From a virus (taxonomy: Duplodnaviria > Heunggongvirae > Uroviricota > Caudoviricetes): a stretch of 41,946 nucleotides of DNA. The stretch is taken from the IMG/VR virus record IMGVR_UViG_3300001242_000012; one strand, 5' to 3'. The notes beneath the pieces are model-generated. The model worked only from the letters and a program-made list of their open reading frames with translations, ran no database searches and had not been told where the DNA came from. How positions within the stretch are numbered: position 1 is the first letter of the stretch; each line of letters starts with the position of its first letter. The position numbers and the translations under genes are program-made. Of this stretch, positions 14,711 through 23,506 are shown one piece after another.

Positions 14711-15214
14711 TTATTTAATTTCCTTAAGCTGTTTAGCAAGTTGTTTAACTTCATCCATCACATATTCAAAGTTTCTGTATACTTTTTCATCTTCTATTGG
14801 TAAAGGAATCATTGGAAATCTCTCTGATACTTTATTAGCGATTTCAATAAGACCTGGTACGTAATCAAAGGAATGAGCTGTATCAAAACCAAAGTACCAG
14901 TAGCCCTTAAGCATACCTTCTATGTGTGGCCCTTCCTCTGAATATGTAATGCCACCATGACATTGAAGACTATCAGTTTTACTGTAATCATCAATATGAG
15001 AAACTCTATGTAGTGGATGATTGGGCTTAACTCCTACATAACCATTAAGATTTTTCATTCTAGGATTTCTATGTATAATACAATGCATATCTTTATCGAA
15101 CCATTCGAAATGAGGTAGTTCATTTTCCCATTCCATTTCCACTATAGAACCTCCATATTCATAATGCCCTGACATTATGTCAGGGCATTCGTGATAATAC
15201 TTTGTCGGAAGCAT
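14711..15214 (-). CDS. conserved phage protein; true start probably ~80 nt downstream of the track start
   Basis: NGYVGV...CHGGITYS...YFGFDTAH. Confidence 0.75.
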   Translation of the reverse strand: MLPTKYYHECPDIMSGHYEYGGSIVEMEWENELPHFEWFDKDMHCIIHRNPRMKNLNGYVGVKPNHPLHRVSHIDDYSKTDSLQCHGGITYSEEGPHIEGMLKGYWYFGFDTAHSFDYVPGLIEIANKVSERFPMIPLPIEDEKVYRNFEYVMDEVKQLAKQLKEIK

Positions 15215-15501
15215 TATATTTTATGTTAAGTTTGCACACGGAGCAATTTATTTTTGTACAAAGAATGTACTACAGTATTTGAAGTGTGATGTATGCTCAG
15301 TATGAATAAGTAAGTGTAACTAAGGAACAGTGAAGTATAACTTATACTTTGTTTAGATAATAAGTTTTCTTCTTGTAAGAACCATGTTGTTCCTATTAAT
15401 TTAATGTGTATTACGTATCAAATTGATTCGTGTTTGATCCACTACACCTGTCCTCTGTTCGCCAGGTTGAACCGCTCACACTATGCATCCCTAACAAAGA
15501 T

Positions 15502-15530
15502 ATTTTACCACATTTATGATTCAATTTCAA
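15502..15530 (-). promoter_or_regulatory. sigma-A-type promoter
   Basis: TTGAAA-17 bp-TAAAAT with extended TG. Confidence 0.7.
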
Positions 15531-15772
15531 GTGTTTTTAGTAATTATATTCTTTAGCTTGAATATTGGATATACCAAACACAATATTAACGTTGATGTTA
15601 CACAAGCTACTAAAGTTCCTGGATATAGTAGGTCTGTCCATAGTGTAGTACTTCTGCCTCTTCCGTATACTAGCACTAATACTATGCCAATCGGAAGTAA
15701 TATTATGCCGAAGATATAAGCTAATGGGTATAAGATCCACTTAGGAACCAAATCGTCAATACCAAAGTTCAT
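15527..15772 (-). CDS. small membrane protein
   Basis: Two hydrophobic segments. Confidence 0.6.
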   Translation of the reverse strand: MNFGIDDLVPKWILYPLAYIFGIILLPIGIVLVLVYGRGRSTTLWTDLLYPGTLVACVTSTLILCLVYPIFKLKNIITKNT

Positions 15773-16072
15773 TTACATTACCATCTCTTCGAACCTAGTC
15801 TTAACTTTCTCGTTAGCAGCCCTAGAACTTTCAAGATTAACTACCAGATCATTAAGATCAGTAATCTGAGACCTAGCAACTACAATTCTGCTATCAATCT
15901 TGCTGTTGATTTTATTAATCTTAGTGACAATGCGCTTGAAGATATTCAGTTGGTTCTCAACCTTACGATCAAAATCCCTGAGATCCTCATTCAAATCCCT
16001 AATGATTGTCTCTGTATGAGACTTAATCCTTCTATTCCTCCACCATGCTAATAAACCAAACAAAACTATCAT
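15773..16072 (-). CDS. membrane-anchored coiled-coil protein
   Basis: ORF with GGGGAG RBS. Confidence 0.65.
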   Translation of the reverse strand: MIVLFGLLAWWRNRRIKSHTETIIRDLNEDLRDFDRKVENQLNIFKRIVTKINKINSKIDSRIVVARSQITDLNDLVVNLESSRAANEKVKTRFEEMVM

Positions 16073-16155
16073 CTCCCCTATTTAATTTTCGGAGGTGAAG
16101 GAAGGATAGGTAGTCTATAGCCTACACTAACCCAACTTCACCAATTTATTATGAC

Positions 16156-16252
16156 GTCTAAGGAATCGAACCTCTAAGATTTGGCACCAGCCACCTTTAG
16201 ATTTTATCTCTCGGTTAACGGATTCGAACCGTTACTATGCTACCAGCAACAT
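16156..16252 (-). ncRNA. two tandem mini D-loop/T-loop hairpin pairs
   Basis: A GCUGGU-loop hairpin followed by a GGUUCGA(A/U)UCC hairpin, twice. Confidence 0.45.
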
Positions 16253-16551
16253 CATAAATTTATTTCATCATCAAGTATATGGCGCAAACCTTTCCCTCCG
16301 ATCAATATCGTTCTATCTAATTTCGGAGAGCAAACTATATAACATATTTTACAAGGATGCTCCTTCTTCATTCCTTTAGCTAATACATAACAGACTGTTC
16401 CATTAGGAATATTAGTATCCTTGTCATTAACAGTATGGTCATAGAAATCTATCACTGCATTCGGATAACCTAATTCTCCAGCTAAAGTATGGTGGTAAGG
16501 ATACCTTTCGCCATTATCTTTGATTATAACAAGTTGATCTATCTGATACAT
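16252..16551 (-). CDS. DQIV-family protein
   Basis: YQIDQLVII. Confidence 0.7.
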   Translation of the reverse strand: MYQIDQLVIIKDNGERYPYHHTLAGELGYPNAVIDFYDHTVNDKDTNIPNGTVCYVLAKGMKKEHPCKICYIVCSPKLDRTILIGGKGLRHILDDEINL

Positions 16552-16844
16552 TCTATTACCTCATCTAAGATATTTATGTTATGTACAAGTATAAAATGCT
16601 TCACTACAAAACCACGATATGCATATTCATGTGAGTATCCAAACGTAAGTAGTGCTATATATCCAGTATCATCCTGTGTATAAAGCGAGTTGTTATATTC
16701 ATGCCTGTAGACATCGTACATTTTATCCCTGGTAAATAACTTTTTACATCCAGTTATACGAGATGAAATAAAATCATCAGTACATATGAGTTTAGTATCA
16801 GTTTTTATATAGTTTTCAATAATCATTTTAACCTCATAGCCCAT
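16539..16844 (-). CDS. TxDK(M)Y-family protein
   Basis: FTRDKMY...QDDTG. Confidence 0.7.
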   Translation of the reverse strand: MGYEVKMIIENYIKTDTKLICTDDFISSRITGCKKLFTRDKMYDVYRHEYNNSLYTQDDTGYIALLTFGYSHEYAYRGFVVKHFILVHNINILDEVIECIR

Positions 16845-17146
16845 GGATATATTTCAATATGTAATGGAGCGTTTACTTTGAGTAATCTGTACATGTTATC
16901 TCTACCTACGGGATTACTAGTATGAAGATAAATGATATCTGGATACTTATTCTTATGAATTATATACATAGCTACATCATAACCAGTTTTTCTTGATAAA
17001 TTAAAGTCAATATCATGATCCAGTGAAAGTATATTAACCTCATTATCACGTAGTAGATTCATGCATTCTTCTGGTGTTTTGGCTAGTACGAAACCTTCTG
17101 GACATGGTCTTACGTCGTCAAGATATATATTAATCATATATATCAC
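16823..17146 (-). CDS. cyclic-phosphate-processing receiver-like (cREC) domain protein
   Basis: IYLDDVRPCP, SLDHD, TGYDV, LHTSNPVG. Confidence 0.8.
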   Translation of the reverse strand: MIYMINIYLDDVRPCPEGFVLAKTPEECMNLLRDNEVNILSLDHDIDFNLSRKTGYDVAMYIIHKNKYPDIIYLHTSNPVGRDNMYRLLKVNAPLHIEIYPWAMRLK

Positions 17147-17399
17147 CTACATATATTATAGTCAAGTACTGTTTATTAACTGGTCCAGGCACTGTAAGTC
17201 CGTCTTGTCTCTTAGATCCTAGTACGGCAGAAATACCAAGCTCAGTTTCTCCTATCATGATACTCTTTGAATCATTGTATTGGTACAGATCATATATCTT
17301 ATCCTGAAGATATATGGGCCTACCAGTACTAGTATAATGGGCCTTGTAACATACAGCTTTATAGTTTTTAATGAATCTGAAATTAGGATTCATATTCAT
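17130..17399 (-). CDS. TxDKIY-family protein
   Basis: YLQDKIYDL. Confidence 0.7.
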   Translation of the reverse strand: MNMNPNFRFIKNYKAVCYKAHYTSTGRPIYLQDKIYDLYQYNDSKSIMIGETELGISAVLGSKRQDGLTVPGPVNKQYLTIIYVGDIYD

Positions 17400-17601
17400 C
17401 TCCTATGTATTTAAAATAATGATCATAGCCGTTTATCATCCTATTATTTTGTATGCCACATATATAGAATCTTTTGTCTCTCTCATTAATGACAAAGAGG
17501 ATATTACAATGCTCATTAATATGAGCATGATATATCTTATCTACTATGAATAGTGTAATACCATCATAATCTCTCATTTCTTGCTTGCAAACAAATTCCA
17601 T
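17383..17601 (-). CDS. TxDKIY-family protein
   Basis: FIVDKIY...YFKYI. Confidence 0.7.
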   Translation of the reverse strand: MEFVCKQEMRDYDGITLFIVDKIYHAHINEHCNILFVINERDKRFYICGIQNNRMINGYDHYFKYIGDEYES

Positions 17602-17623
17602 AATGTCCTCACTAAAGTTTTAA

Positions 17624-17698
17624 TGGTCGGGATGGAAGGGAACGATCCTTCGACCTCCTGCTCCCAAAGCAGGCGCTCCTCCACTGAGCTACATCCCG
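17624..17698 (-). tRNA. tRNA-Pro(UGG), second copy, with atypical T loop AUCGUUC
   Basis: Loop UUUGGGA, C1:G72, ACCA end. Confidence 0.85.
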
Positions 17699-17748
17699 AT
17701 GTTATAATATAGTATTAGAAAACCATCAAATATCCTTTCTAGCTTTAA

Positions 17749-18096
17749 TCATTTGATGGTTTTCTTGAACTCTATTAGTTCTCCTGTATTAACCTTTCTA
17801 AAATGACACCAACATATTTCTGAAATACCATTAGGAACGAGTACTCTAATAATTTGTCCAATGCATTTATCACCAAAGCATGTTATTAAGCCACATTTAT
17901 CAAAACCTTCTGCCTCATAAAGCACTGAATTACAAAAGCGTGTACTCTTAACTATCATTGCCGATCCTTCTGGCACATAACTACGTGGATGAACACAAAC
18001 ATCCTTAGTGTTAATTACTATCTGATCCTTATAGAATGGTTCTGGTATCATGTTGCACCTCCAATGATATAAAGTATCTATTGAAAAAAATACCAT
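17749..18096 (-). CDS. Cys-rich DQIV-family protein
   Basis: YKDQIVIN...CFGDKCIGQ...CWCHF. Confidence 0.72.
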   Translation of the reverse strand: MVFFSIDTLYHWRCNMIPEPFYKDQIVINTKDVCVHPRSYVPEGSAMIVKSTRFCNSVLYEAEGFDKCGLITCFGDKCIGQIIRVLVPNGISEICWCHFRKVNTGELIEFKKTIK

Positions 18097-18253
18097 TATG
18101 ATTTGTACCTAGCGTTACTCTTATATTATAATCTTGTTCGCATCTAACTACTAAATATCTTTCATTTACCTCATTAGTTCCATATATCTTATCTTTAATG
18201 AATAGATCCAGAATGTTTGCTGCTCTTAAATCTCGTTTACAAACAATCTTCAT
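18029..18253 (-). CDS. TxDKIY-family protein
   Basis: FIKDKIY...FNRYF. Confidence 0.72.
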   Translation of the reverse strand: MKIVCKRDLRAANILDLFIKDKIYGTNEVNERYLVVRCEQDYNIRVTLGTNHNGIFFNRYFISLEVQHDTRTIL

Positions 18254-18453
18254 AAATCCTCCATATTGATAATCAGGAAATGATTAAGTGCCCAAGAGCC
18301 AGGTGAGAATACAAATCCTATATCAAATTTAGTACGTATAGTGATCATATTATGCTCATCATCGTACTCGTAATTATATATACCATCTGTATCATAGTTG
18401 TGGCTATAAAGTGCATAGTTAAAGTTATTGTTAAGACATATAGCTTTTAACAT
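18250..18453 (-). CDS. TxDKIY-family-like protein
   Basis: AICL...DTDGIY. Confidence 0.6.
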   Translation of the reverse strand: MLKAICLNNNFNYALYSHNYDTDGIYNYEYDDEHNMITIRTKFDIGFVFSPGSWALNHFLIINMEDL

Positions 18454-18460
18454 ATCTCAC

Positions 18461-19057
18461 CTACGCTATTAGCAGTTTAACTGCATTCATCACAGACTCA
18501 ATGTGATACTTCATAACAAATATCTTATCGCTATACTCAGGATAGAATCTCGTTCCATGTTTACATAACGGAACTATGTGGCTCTCAGTTTCCTTTATAT
18601 AATCAACTACTTTTAGATTAGTGAATGCTCCAACCATTGTTGAAACGTTATTGCATCTATCACTTATCTTTATAAGCAGTGCTCTCTGGTCTTTACTTAT
18701 CTCCTGGTAATAATGTTCATCCGATATTGCGTCGTATTTAGTTAATAGTTTAACTACTGCAATTGTAGCAGGATCTATCCCGTAATCAAGCATTAGCGTC
18801 TGGATTGTTACTCCACAATCTTCAACCACATCATGTAGTATAGCAGAGGCTAACATAATATCATCATGTATCCCGAGAGATACCAAGTGAGAAGTAACTC
18901 TAGTAGGATGAATAATAAATGGCTCACCATTATTTCTGATCTGTCCTTCATGCAATTTAGTTGCTGCGTTAATTGCCTTCAGTAATTCAAATAGGCTATG
19001 GCCCTTAGCAAACCCTTTAAGATATATTAGTTCCTTGTTCAACGTTATCCCTCCCAC
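18461..19057 (-). CDS. HD-domain protein, RelA/SpoT-hydrolase-like (small alarmone hydrolase type)
   Basis: H.GQ.R..GEPFIIHP, ILHDVVED, LLTK, IKISDRCNN. Confidence 0.85.
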   Translation of the reverse strand: MGGITLNKELIYLKGFAKGHSLFELLKAINAATKLHEGQIRNNGEPFIIHPTRVTSHLVSLGIHDDIMLASAILHDVVEDCGVTIQTLMLDYGIDPATIAVVKLLTKYDAISDEHYYQEISKDQRALLIKISDRCNNVSTMVGAFTNLKVVDYIKETESHIVPLCKHGTRFYPEYSDKIFVMKYHIESVMNAVKLLIA

Positions 19058-19275
19058 TTATCTAATATTACAAAGTCTCTTTCGAATGCTTCCTCTCCAT
19101 TGAATGGTTTCCCATTTATACTAGCTACAATATAGAAGGAGCTTTTAGTTAAAAATATAGCTAAGCAACTCATATCCTTACGATGTTTAGCAAACTTTAC
19201 CTTATATATTTTATCTCTAGTAAGATATAAGAGCTTGTTTGACTTATATACTATACTCATCCCTTCCTTAACCAT
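19045..19275 (-). CDS. TxDKIY-family protein
   Basis: LTRDKIY. Confidence 0.7.
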   Translation of the reverse strand: MVKEGMSIVYKSNKLLYLTRDKIYKVKFAKHRKDMSCLAIFLTKSSFYIVASINGKPFNGEEAFERDFVILDKWEG

Positions 19276-19296
19276 ATTCCTCCTCCTTAAAATAAA

Positions 19297-19320
19297 TGCA
19301 GAGGCCAGGTGAGCCTCTGC
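19297..19320 (-). terminator. intrinsic terminator
   Basis: GCAGAGGC-loop-GCCUCUGC followed by AUUUAUUUU. Confidence 0.75.
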
Positions 19321-19425
19321 TTGTGTGTGTTAAAAAGTTTGCTTCAGGAGGCAAAACCACCTCCATGAAATTCGTATTTTATTGGTTGTTAAGGACAACC
19401 AGGCCCACCTGGACAACCCGGACAT

Positions 19426-19986
19426 TTAGGCCCCAATCGTAGTCTCCTCCCATTCTATATCTATAATCCAATTAGCCTGCTGAATCGCAGATTGTAACTT
19501 AGTAATAGCTTTAGATAACTTATCAGTTTCATTACGATATTTCTTAGTGTCATAAGTAACCTCAAAGTTCTCTTGGAATGAGAAGTCGTTTGCGCCATTA
19601 CCGAATCTATTACCACTCATAGAGTTAACGCGTGAGTGTGTTTTACAGCTGGCTAAGGCATCGTAGTTACCTTTCTCAACTCTCATTTGCTCTATTAAGA
19701 TTATTGCTTCAGCTAATGTGATTTGTTTGTCATCAATAAGCCAGTTAATCGTATTAGATGCATTAGCTAATGAGATTAGCTGACGAATCTTACGGATGTC
19801 TGAGTTAAGCTTAGTTATTATGGCATCACATTCATCAACTGAATATTCGGGGATTAAGACTGGAACCTTCTCTCCGATTTCTCCCTTTTTCCAGGATGAA
19901 TATCTACCTTCGAATCTTCTTTCAGTCCATACTCTGACATCTTTTATGAAGTCATCTCTTACGAGTATAGCTTCTGCAAGCTTCAT
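19426..19986 (-). CDS. DIP1984-like coiled-coil protein
   Basis: MKLAEA...AN...TLAEAI...YD...IQQANW pattern. Confidence 0.6.
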   Translation of the reverse strand: MKLAEAILVRDDFIKDVRVWTERRFEGRYSSWKKGEIGEKVPVLIPEYSVDECDAIITKLNSDIRKIRQLISLANASNTINWLIDDKQITLAEAIILIEQMRVEKGNYDALASCKTHSRVNSMSGNRFGNGANDFSFQENFEVTYDTKKYRNETDKLSKAITKLQSAIQQANWIIDIEWEETTIGA

Positions 19987-20012
19987 TCATATCGCCTCCA
20001 TTATTTATGTAT

Positions 20013-20041
20013 ATTATACTATAGGAATATTATTCCGTCAA
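20013..20041 (-). promoter_or_regulatory. sigma-A-type promoter
   Basis: TTGACG-17 bp-TATAAT, followed by GGAGG. Confidence 0.85.
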
Positions 20042-20049
20042 TACTAATA

Positions 20050-20316
20050 TCAACTTATTCTACACGGTGGTGGTTTTGGTGGTGGAGGTGGAGACCTCAT
20101 TATCTTTGGTAACAGCATAGAAGGATACTCTATCATGTGTTGTCCTCTTCTTATTCCATTTAGACCACCATATAGTTGTCTTGATTTTATTTCTATCTTA
20201 TCGGCTATACGTGCTATACGTATCTGTTTCTCTCTATCCTTCTCCTCGTATGCCCATATAGCTAGCTCTAGTGCATCCTTAGAGAAGAAGGCTTTAAATT
20301 GTGTAGGTATGTTCAA
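20050..20316 (-). CDS. hypothetical protein with Pro-rich tail
   Basis: ORF with GGAGG RBS. Confidence 0.6.
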   Translation of the reverse strand: MNIPTQFKAFFSKDALELAIWAYEEKDREKQIRIARIADKIEIKSRQLYGGLNGIRRGQHMIEYPSMLLPKIMRSPPPPPKPPPCRIS

Positions 20317-20325
20317 TGTCTCCTC

Positions 20326-20781
20326 CTAATGATGACTTACTCTAAAGTGTGGGACATTATTAAATATGTCTCCATGCTCTATCATAGAACCTGTTTGAGT
20401 TTCGTCAGAATATTCAAGTTCATAAAAGATAGAATTCTCGTTCTCTGCTATGAACTTTACAGCATCCTCATGTGGTTCATTTACAATCATTGCTTCAAAT
20501 TCATTCCAGCTCATTCCATCAGGCCATTCATGCAAATCTGAAGATATTCTTTTCATTACATGTTCTTTGGTTATGATAGTATCTTCATTTTGCATATCAT
20601 TAAATATTATTTCAGCAATAAAATCTGTCGGAAGTATATCATTAGTGTATCGATGGTATACTTTTTCGTTATTGCCAAATAACGAGTACCTAAGGGCTTT
20701 GACGCTCTCTGGTTTACCTAGCATAGCTATAATGAATGAGGAACTACTACTGTTAGTTACAAAGTCAGTTCTTATCTTCAT
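20326..20781 (-). CDS. conserved protein (MKIRTDFVTNSSSSSFII family)
   Basis: Characteristic N-terminus. Confidence 0.8.
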   Translation of the reverse strand: MKIRTDFVTNSSSSSFIIAMLGKPESVKALRYSLFGNNEKVYHRYTNDILPTDFIAEIIFNDMQNEDTIITKEHVMKRISSDLHEWPDGMSWNEFEAMIVNEPHEDAVKFIAENENSIFYELEYSDETQTGSMIEHGDIFNNVPHFRVSHH

Positions 20782-20954
20782 ATCTTATTTATACCTTCTT
20801 CCAAGTCCTTTACAATTAGGTTTATGAAACTCATTAGTAGTTCAAGATGTCTATATGTTTTTTCTTCTTCTGTATAGAAGCAAATACCACAGTCACGACA
20901 TGCATATTCAGGCGTTGTGATACATTTACCTGATTCATCGTAACCATTAAACAC
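20778..20954 (-). CDS. small Cys-containing protein (GTG start, 58 aa)
   Basis: Manual translation; fills the gap with coupled start and stop codons. Confidence 0.55.
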   Translation of the reverse strand: MFNGYDESGKCITTPEYACRDCGICFYTEEEKTYRHLELLMSFINLIVKDLEEGINKI

Positions 20955-21652
20955 TAGATCTCACCTTTCAAAAGCTTATCAGCCTTCTGGATATCTTCCC
21001 ATACAGCTTTCTTAGCCTCCATCCATTTATCCTTATCTACTGATTCTAACCTCAATATATATGCAGGGTGAAATATAGCCATTGCCTTTGTTTTATTTGG
21101 TAATGAGAAAACCACTCCATGTTCCTTAGTAATTGAGAAGTTAGGATGGATTACTGTGTTAGCAGAAGGTGATCCCCAACATATAATTAACTTAGGTTGG
21201 ACTAATTCTATCTGTTCGTCCAGAAATCTTTTACACATTACTACCTCAGATATCTCTGGTGTACGATTATTAGGTGGTCTACACTTTACGATGTTACAGA
21301 TGAATATGTCTTCGCGCTTCCATTTGATAGCTCCAATAATATTATTAAGTAATTTACCTGCTGGTCCAACAAATGGTCTACCCATTTCATCTTCTATCTG
21401 ACCAGGAGCTTCCCCGACGCACATAATATTCGCAGGCATCGGACCTTCTCCAGGAACTTTATTAGTACAGCTATCAATTAGTTTACATGCTTTACAACTA
21501 GCGATTCTCTCATCAAGTGTTGGAGGATTGGATCTTAGTTGTATTAGTTCCTGAAGCTTCTTAGCACATTCAACTAAAACTTTAGGATCTTGACCTTGTA
21601 CCATGTGTCCTGATATAGATCTAATCAAATCAACTTCTTCCTTTGTTACCAT
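20954..21652 (-). CDS. uracil-DNA glycosylase, family 4
   Basis: C..C.L....., GEAPG..ED..GRPFVG.AG, KCRPP.NR, FHPAY; start moved to the RBS-preceded ATG. Confidence 0.93.
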   Translation of the reverse strand: MVTKEEVDLIRSISGHMVQGQDPKVLVECAKKLQELIQLRSNPPTLDERIASCKACKLIDSCTNKVPGEGPMPANIMCVGEAPGQIEDEMGRPFVGPAGKLLNNIIGAIKWKREDIFICNIVKCRPPNNRTPEISEVVMCKRFLDEQIELVQPKLIICWGSPSANTVIHPNFSITKEHGVVFSLPNKTKAMAIFHPAYILRLESVDKDKWMEAKKAVWEDIQKADKLLKGEI

Positions 21653-22823
21653 AATAACCTCCCTTGGTGAGCATGTTATAAATCTCATTCTTATTTATTC
21701 CTAGAACTAATGATACCCTTGATACATAGTGTTCCAGTTCAACAGCATCAGGCATCTGTGCTAATAATGGAAGAGCTTGTCTCAGACTAGATAATATAAC
21801 TGCATCAAGCTTAGTTTGAACATCAGATAATAGTCGATTAATATTGAATCCAGGTATGAGAACTGCATTTTCCTTTATATAGTCACTAATATTATCTTTA
21901 AGCTCTATAGCTAGTATATCGGGATCTTTATCAGTTATGATGGCCATTACTTGGATTCCATTATCCTTGAGTATCTGTGCTATTCTATTAGTAGATAGTG
22001 CACCAGCTGCATCTCCATCCAAGAACAGTATCGCATTATTTGTATGTTTTTTAATCAACTCTACCTGTTCTTGAGAGAGTGCGGTTCCCATTAGTCCAGC
22101 TGCTGGCTCATTATACTTCTGTAATTGTATTACGTCAGTGTATCCTTCTACTAATATAACATAGTCCTTATCTCGAATCAACTTCTTAATGTTATGTAAC
22201 CCATACAATAATGAACTTTTCTTAAATATGAGTGAGTCAGGACTATTTATATACTTAGGTTTAGATCCATCAACTGACCTATATCCAAACCCTGCTGTTC
22301 TACCTTGTTCATCCATTATAGCAAACGCTATGCGTCCTGTATAAGGCTTGTTGTATCTTTCTGGGACTAGACCGATTCTCCAATCACCTATATCTTTCTC
22401 AGTTATGAATCTTGATAGTAAATAATCTATAGCTTCCTTATTATCTTGTAATTCTTTCCAGTATGTACGGTTATAACTTATCATTGAATCATATTGTCTA
22501 CTGAACACTTTACTTTGTCCACTAGAAAACATACTCAATGATATACCAGCGTGATCAGCTAACTTTTGTACGGCTTCGTCAAATTCTATATCATGAATGA
22601 AGGCAACAAAGTTTATTGTGTCACCTGATGCTCCACATCCAAAGCAATGGAAGCTATTTGTCTTAGGATAAAAGGTAAGACTGGGAGTATCATCGCCAGG
22701 ATGTATGCACTTAGCTTGGTAGATACCCCCGCTCTTAATAACATGAATCCCATATAGTTTTGCTAAGTCAAGTATGTCAACTTTCGTTTTCAATTCATCA
22801 AGGAATTCACGTGGATAAAACAT
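21630..22823 (-). CDS. dnaG: DNA primase
   Basis: CHC2 Zn finger (CIHP.DDTPS...FHCFGC), KYINSP, VEGYTD, LDGD TOPRIM. Confidence 0.95.
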   Translation of the reverse strand: MFYPREFLDELKTKVDILDLAKLYGIHVIKSGGIYQAKCIHPGDDTPSLTFYPKTNSFHCFGCGASGDTINFVAFIHDIEFDEAVQKLADHAGISLSMFSSGQSKVFSRQYDSMISYNRTYWKELQDNKEAIDYLLSRFITEKDIGDWRIGLVPERYNKPYTGRIAFAIMDEQGRTAGFGYRSVDGSKPKYINSPDSLIFKKSSLLYGLHNIKKLIRDKDYVILVEGYTDVIQLQKYNEPAAGLMGTALSQEQVELIKKHTNNAILFLDGDAAGALSTNRIAQILKDNGIQVMAIITDKDPDILAIELKDNISDYIKENAVLIPGFNINRLLSDVQTKLDAVILSSLRQALPLLAQMPDAVELEHYVSRVSLVLGINKNEIYNMLTKGGYYGNKGRS

Positions 22824-22828
22824 AATTG

Positions 22829-23071
22829 TTACCTCTTTACTTGTTTGATATTGCTGCTACCACATTCATAGCAGCTATTTGGTCTATGAATGTTTTCTAT
22901 GGTTGGATTAGAATCTAGTTCGAGAAATTGTTCGTTGCCGTCTACAATTACTGATCCATCTGAGAAGTTTGCATCTGCACAGAACCTCTCTGTGTTACCA
23001 CACCCCATACACTTCCATACAAGATTAGTTTCCAGTTGAACCAAAGCCTCCTTGCCCACGTTCAGTGTCAT
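22829..23071 (-). CDS. small Zn-binding protein
   Basis: CMGC...CYEC. Confidence 0.65.
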   Translation of the reverse strand: MTLNVGKEALVQLETNLVWKCMGCGNTERFCADANFSDGSVIVDGNEQFLELDSNPTIENIHRPNSCYECGSSNIKQVKR

Positions 23072-23492
23072 CGAGTTCTTTCTTCAAGTTAAAGTTAGCT
23101 CTTACCTTCTGAATGAAGACAACTTGAGCAATTCTTTCGTTAGGTTCAATAGTTACAGGCATGTTACCATGGTTAATAACTATTGCTTTCCATTCACCAC
23201 GAAAGTCTGAATCAATAGTTCCAGGAGCATTAAGAATAGTAAGTCCTTCGTTCATTGCTCTACCACTCCTAGGCACTACTAAACCAATATAGTCGCTAGG
23301 AAATGATGTGACAAAACCTAATGGTACTAGTGCACGAAAGCCAGGATATATCGTCATGCTTTCTGCAAGGCTTGCGTACATATCAGCGCAAGCGGCATTT
23401 TCAGTCATGTATTCTGGAACTTTGCCACCAGTTAACATCACGTCAACATCAATGGTTTTACTGTATTGAACCTCATTGTCTTTCTTTGCCAT
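23025..23492 (-). CDS. dut: dUTPase
   Basis: PRSG, GTIDSDFRGE, RIAQ, RGQGGFGSTG. Confidence 0.96.
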   Translation of the reverse strand: MAKKDNEVQYSKTIDVDVMLTGGKVPEYMTENAACADMYASLAESMTIYPGFRALVPLGFVTSFPSDYIGLVVPRSGRAMNEGLTILNAPGTIDSDFRGEWKAIVINHGNMPVTIEPNERIAQVVFIQKVRANFNLKKELDDTERGQGGFGSTGN

Positions 23493-23506
23493 GTAGCATC
23501 CTCCAA

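Noticed and set aside
16090-16146. Possible ninth Y-like unit (hairpin containing UAGUGUAG)
   Set aside because: It lacks UACUUC and AUUCU and is 7 kb from the Ro gene; more likely an unrelated hairpin
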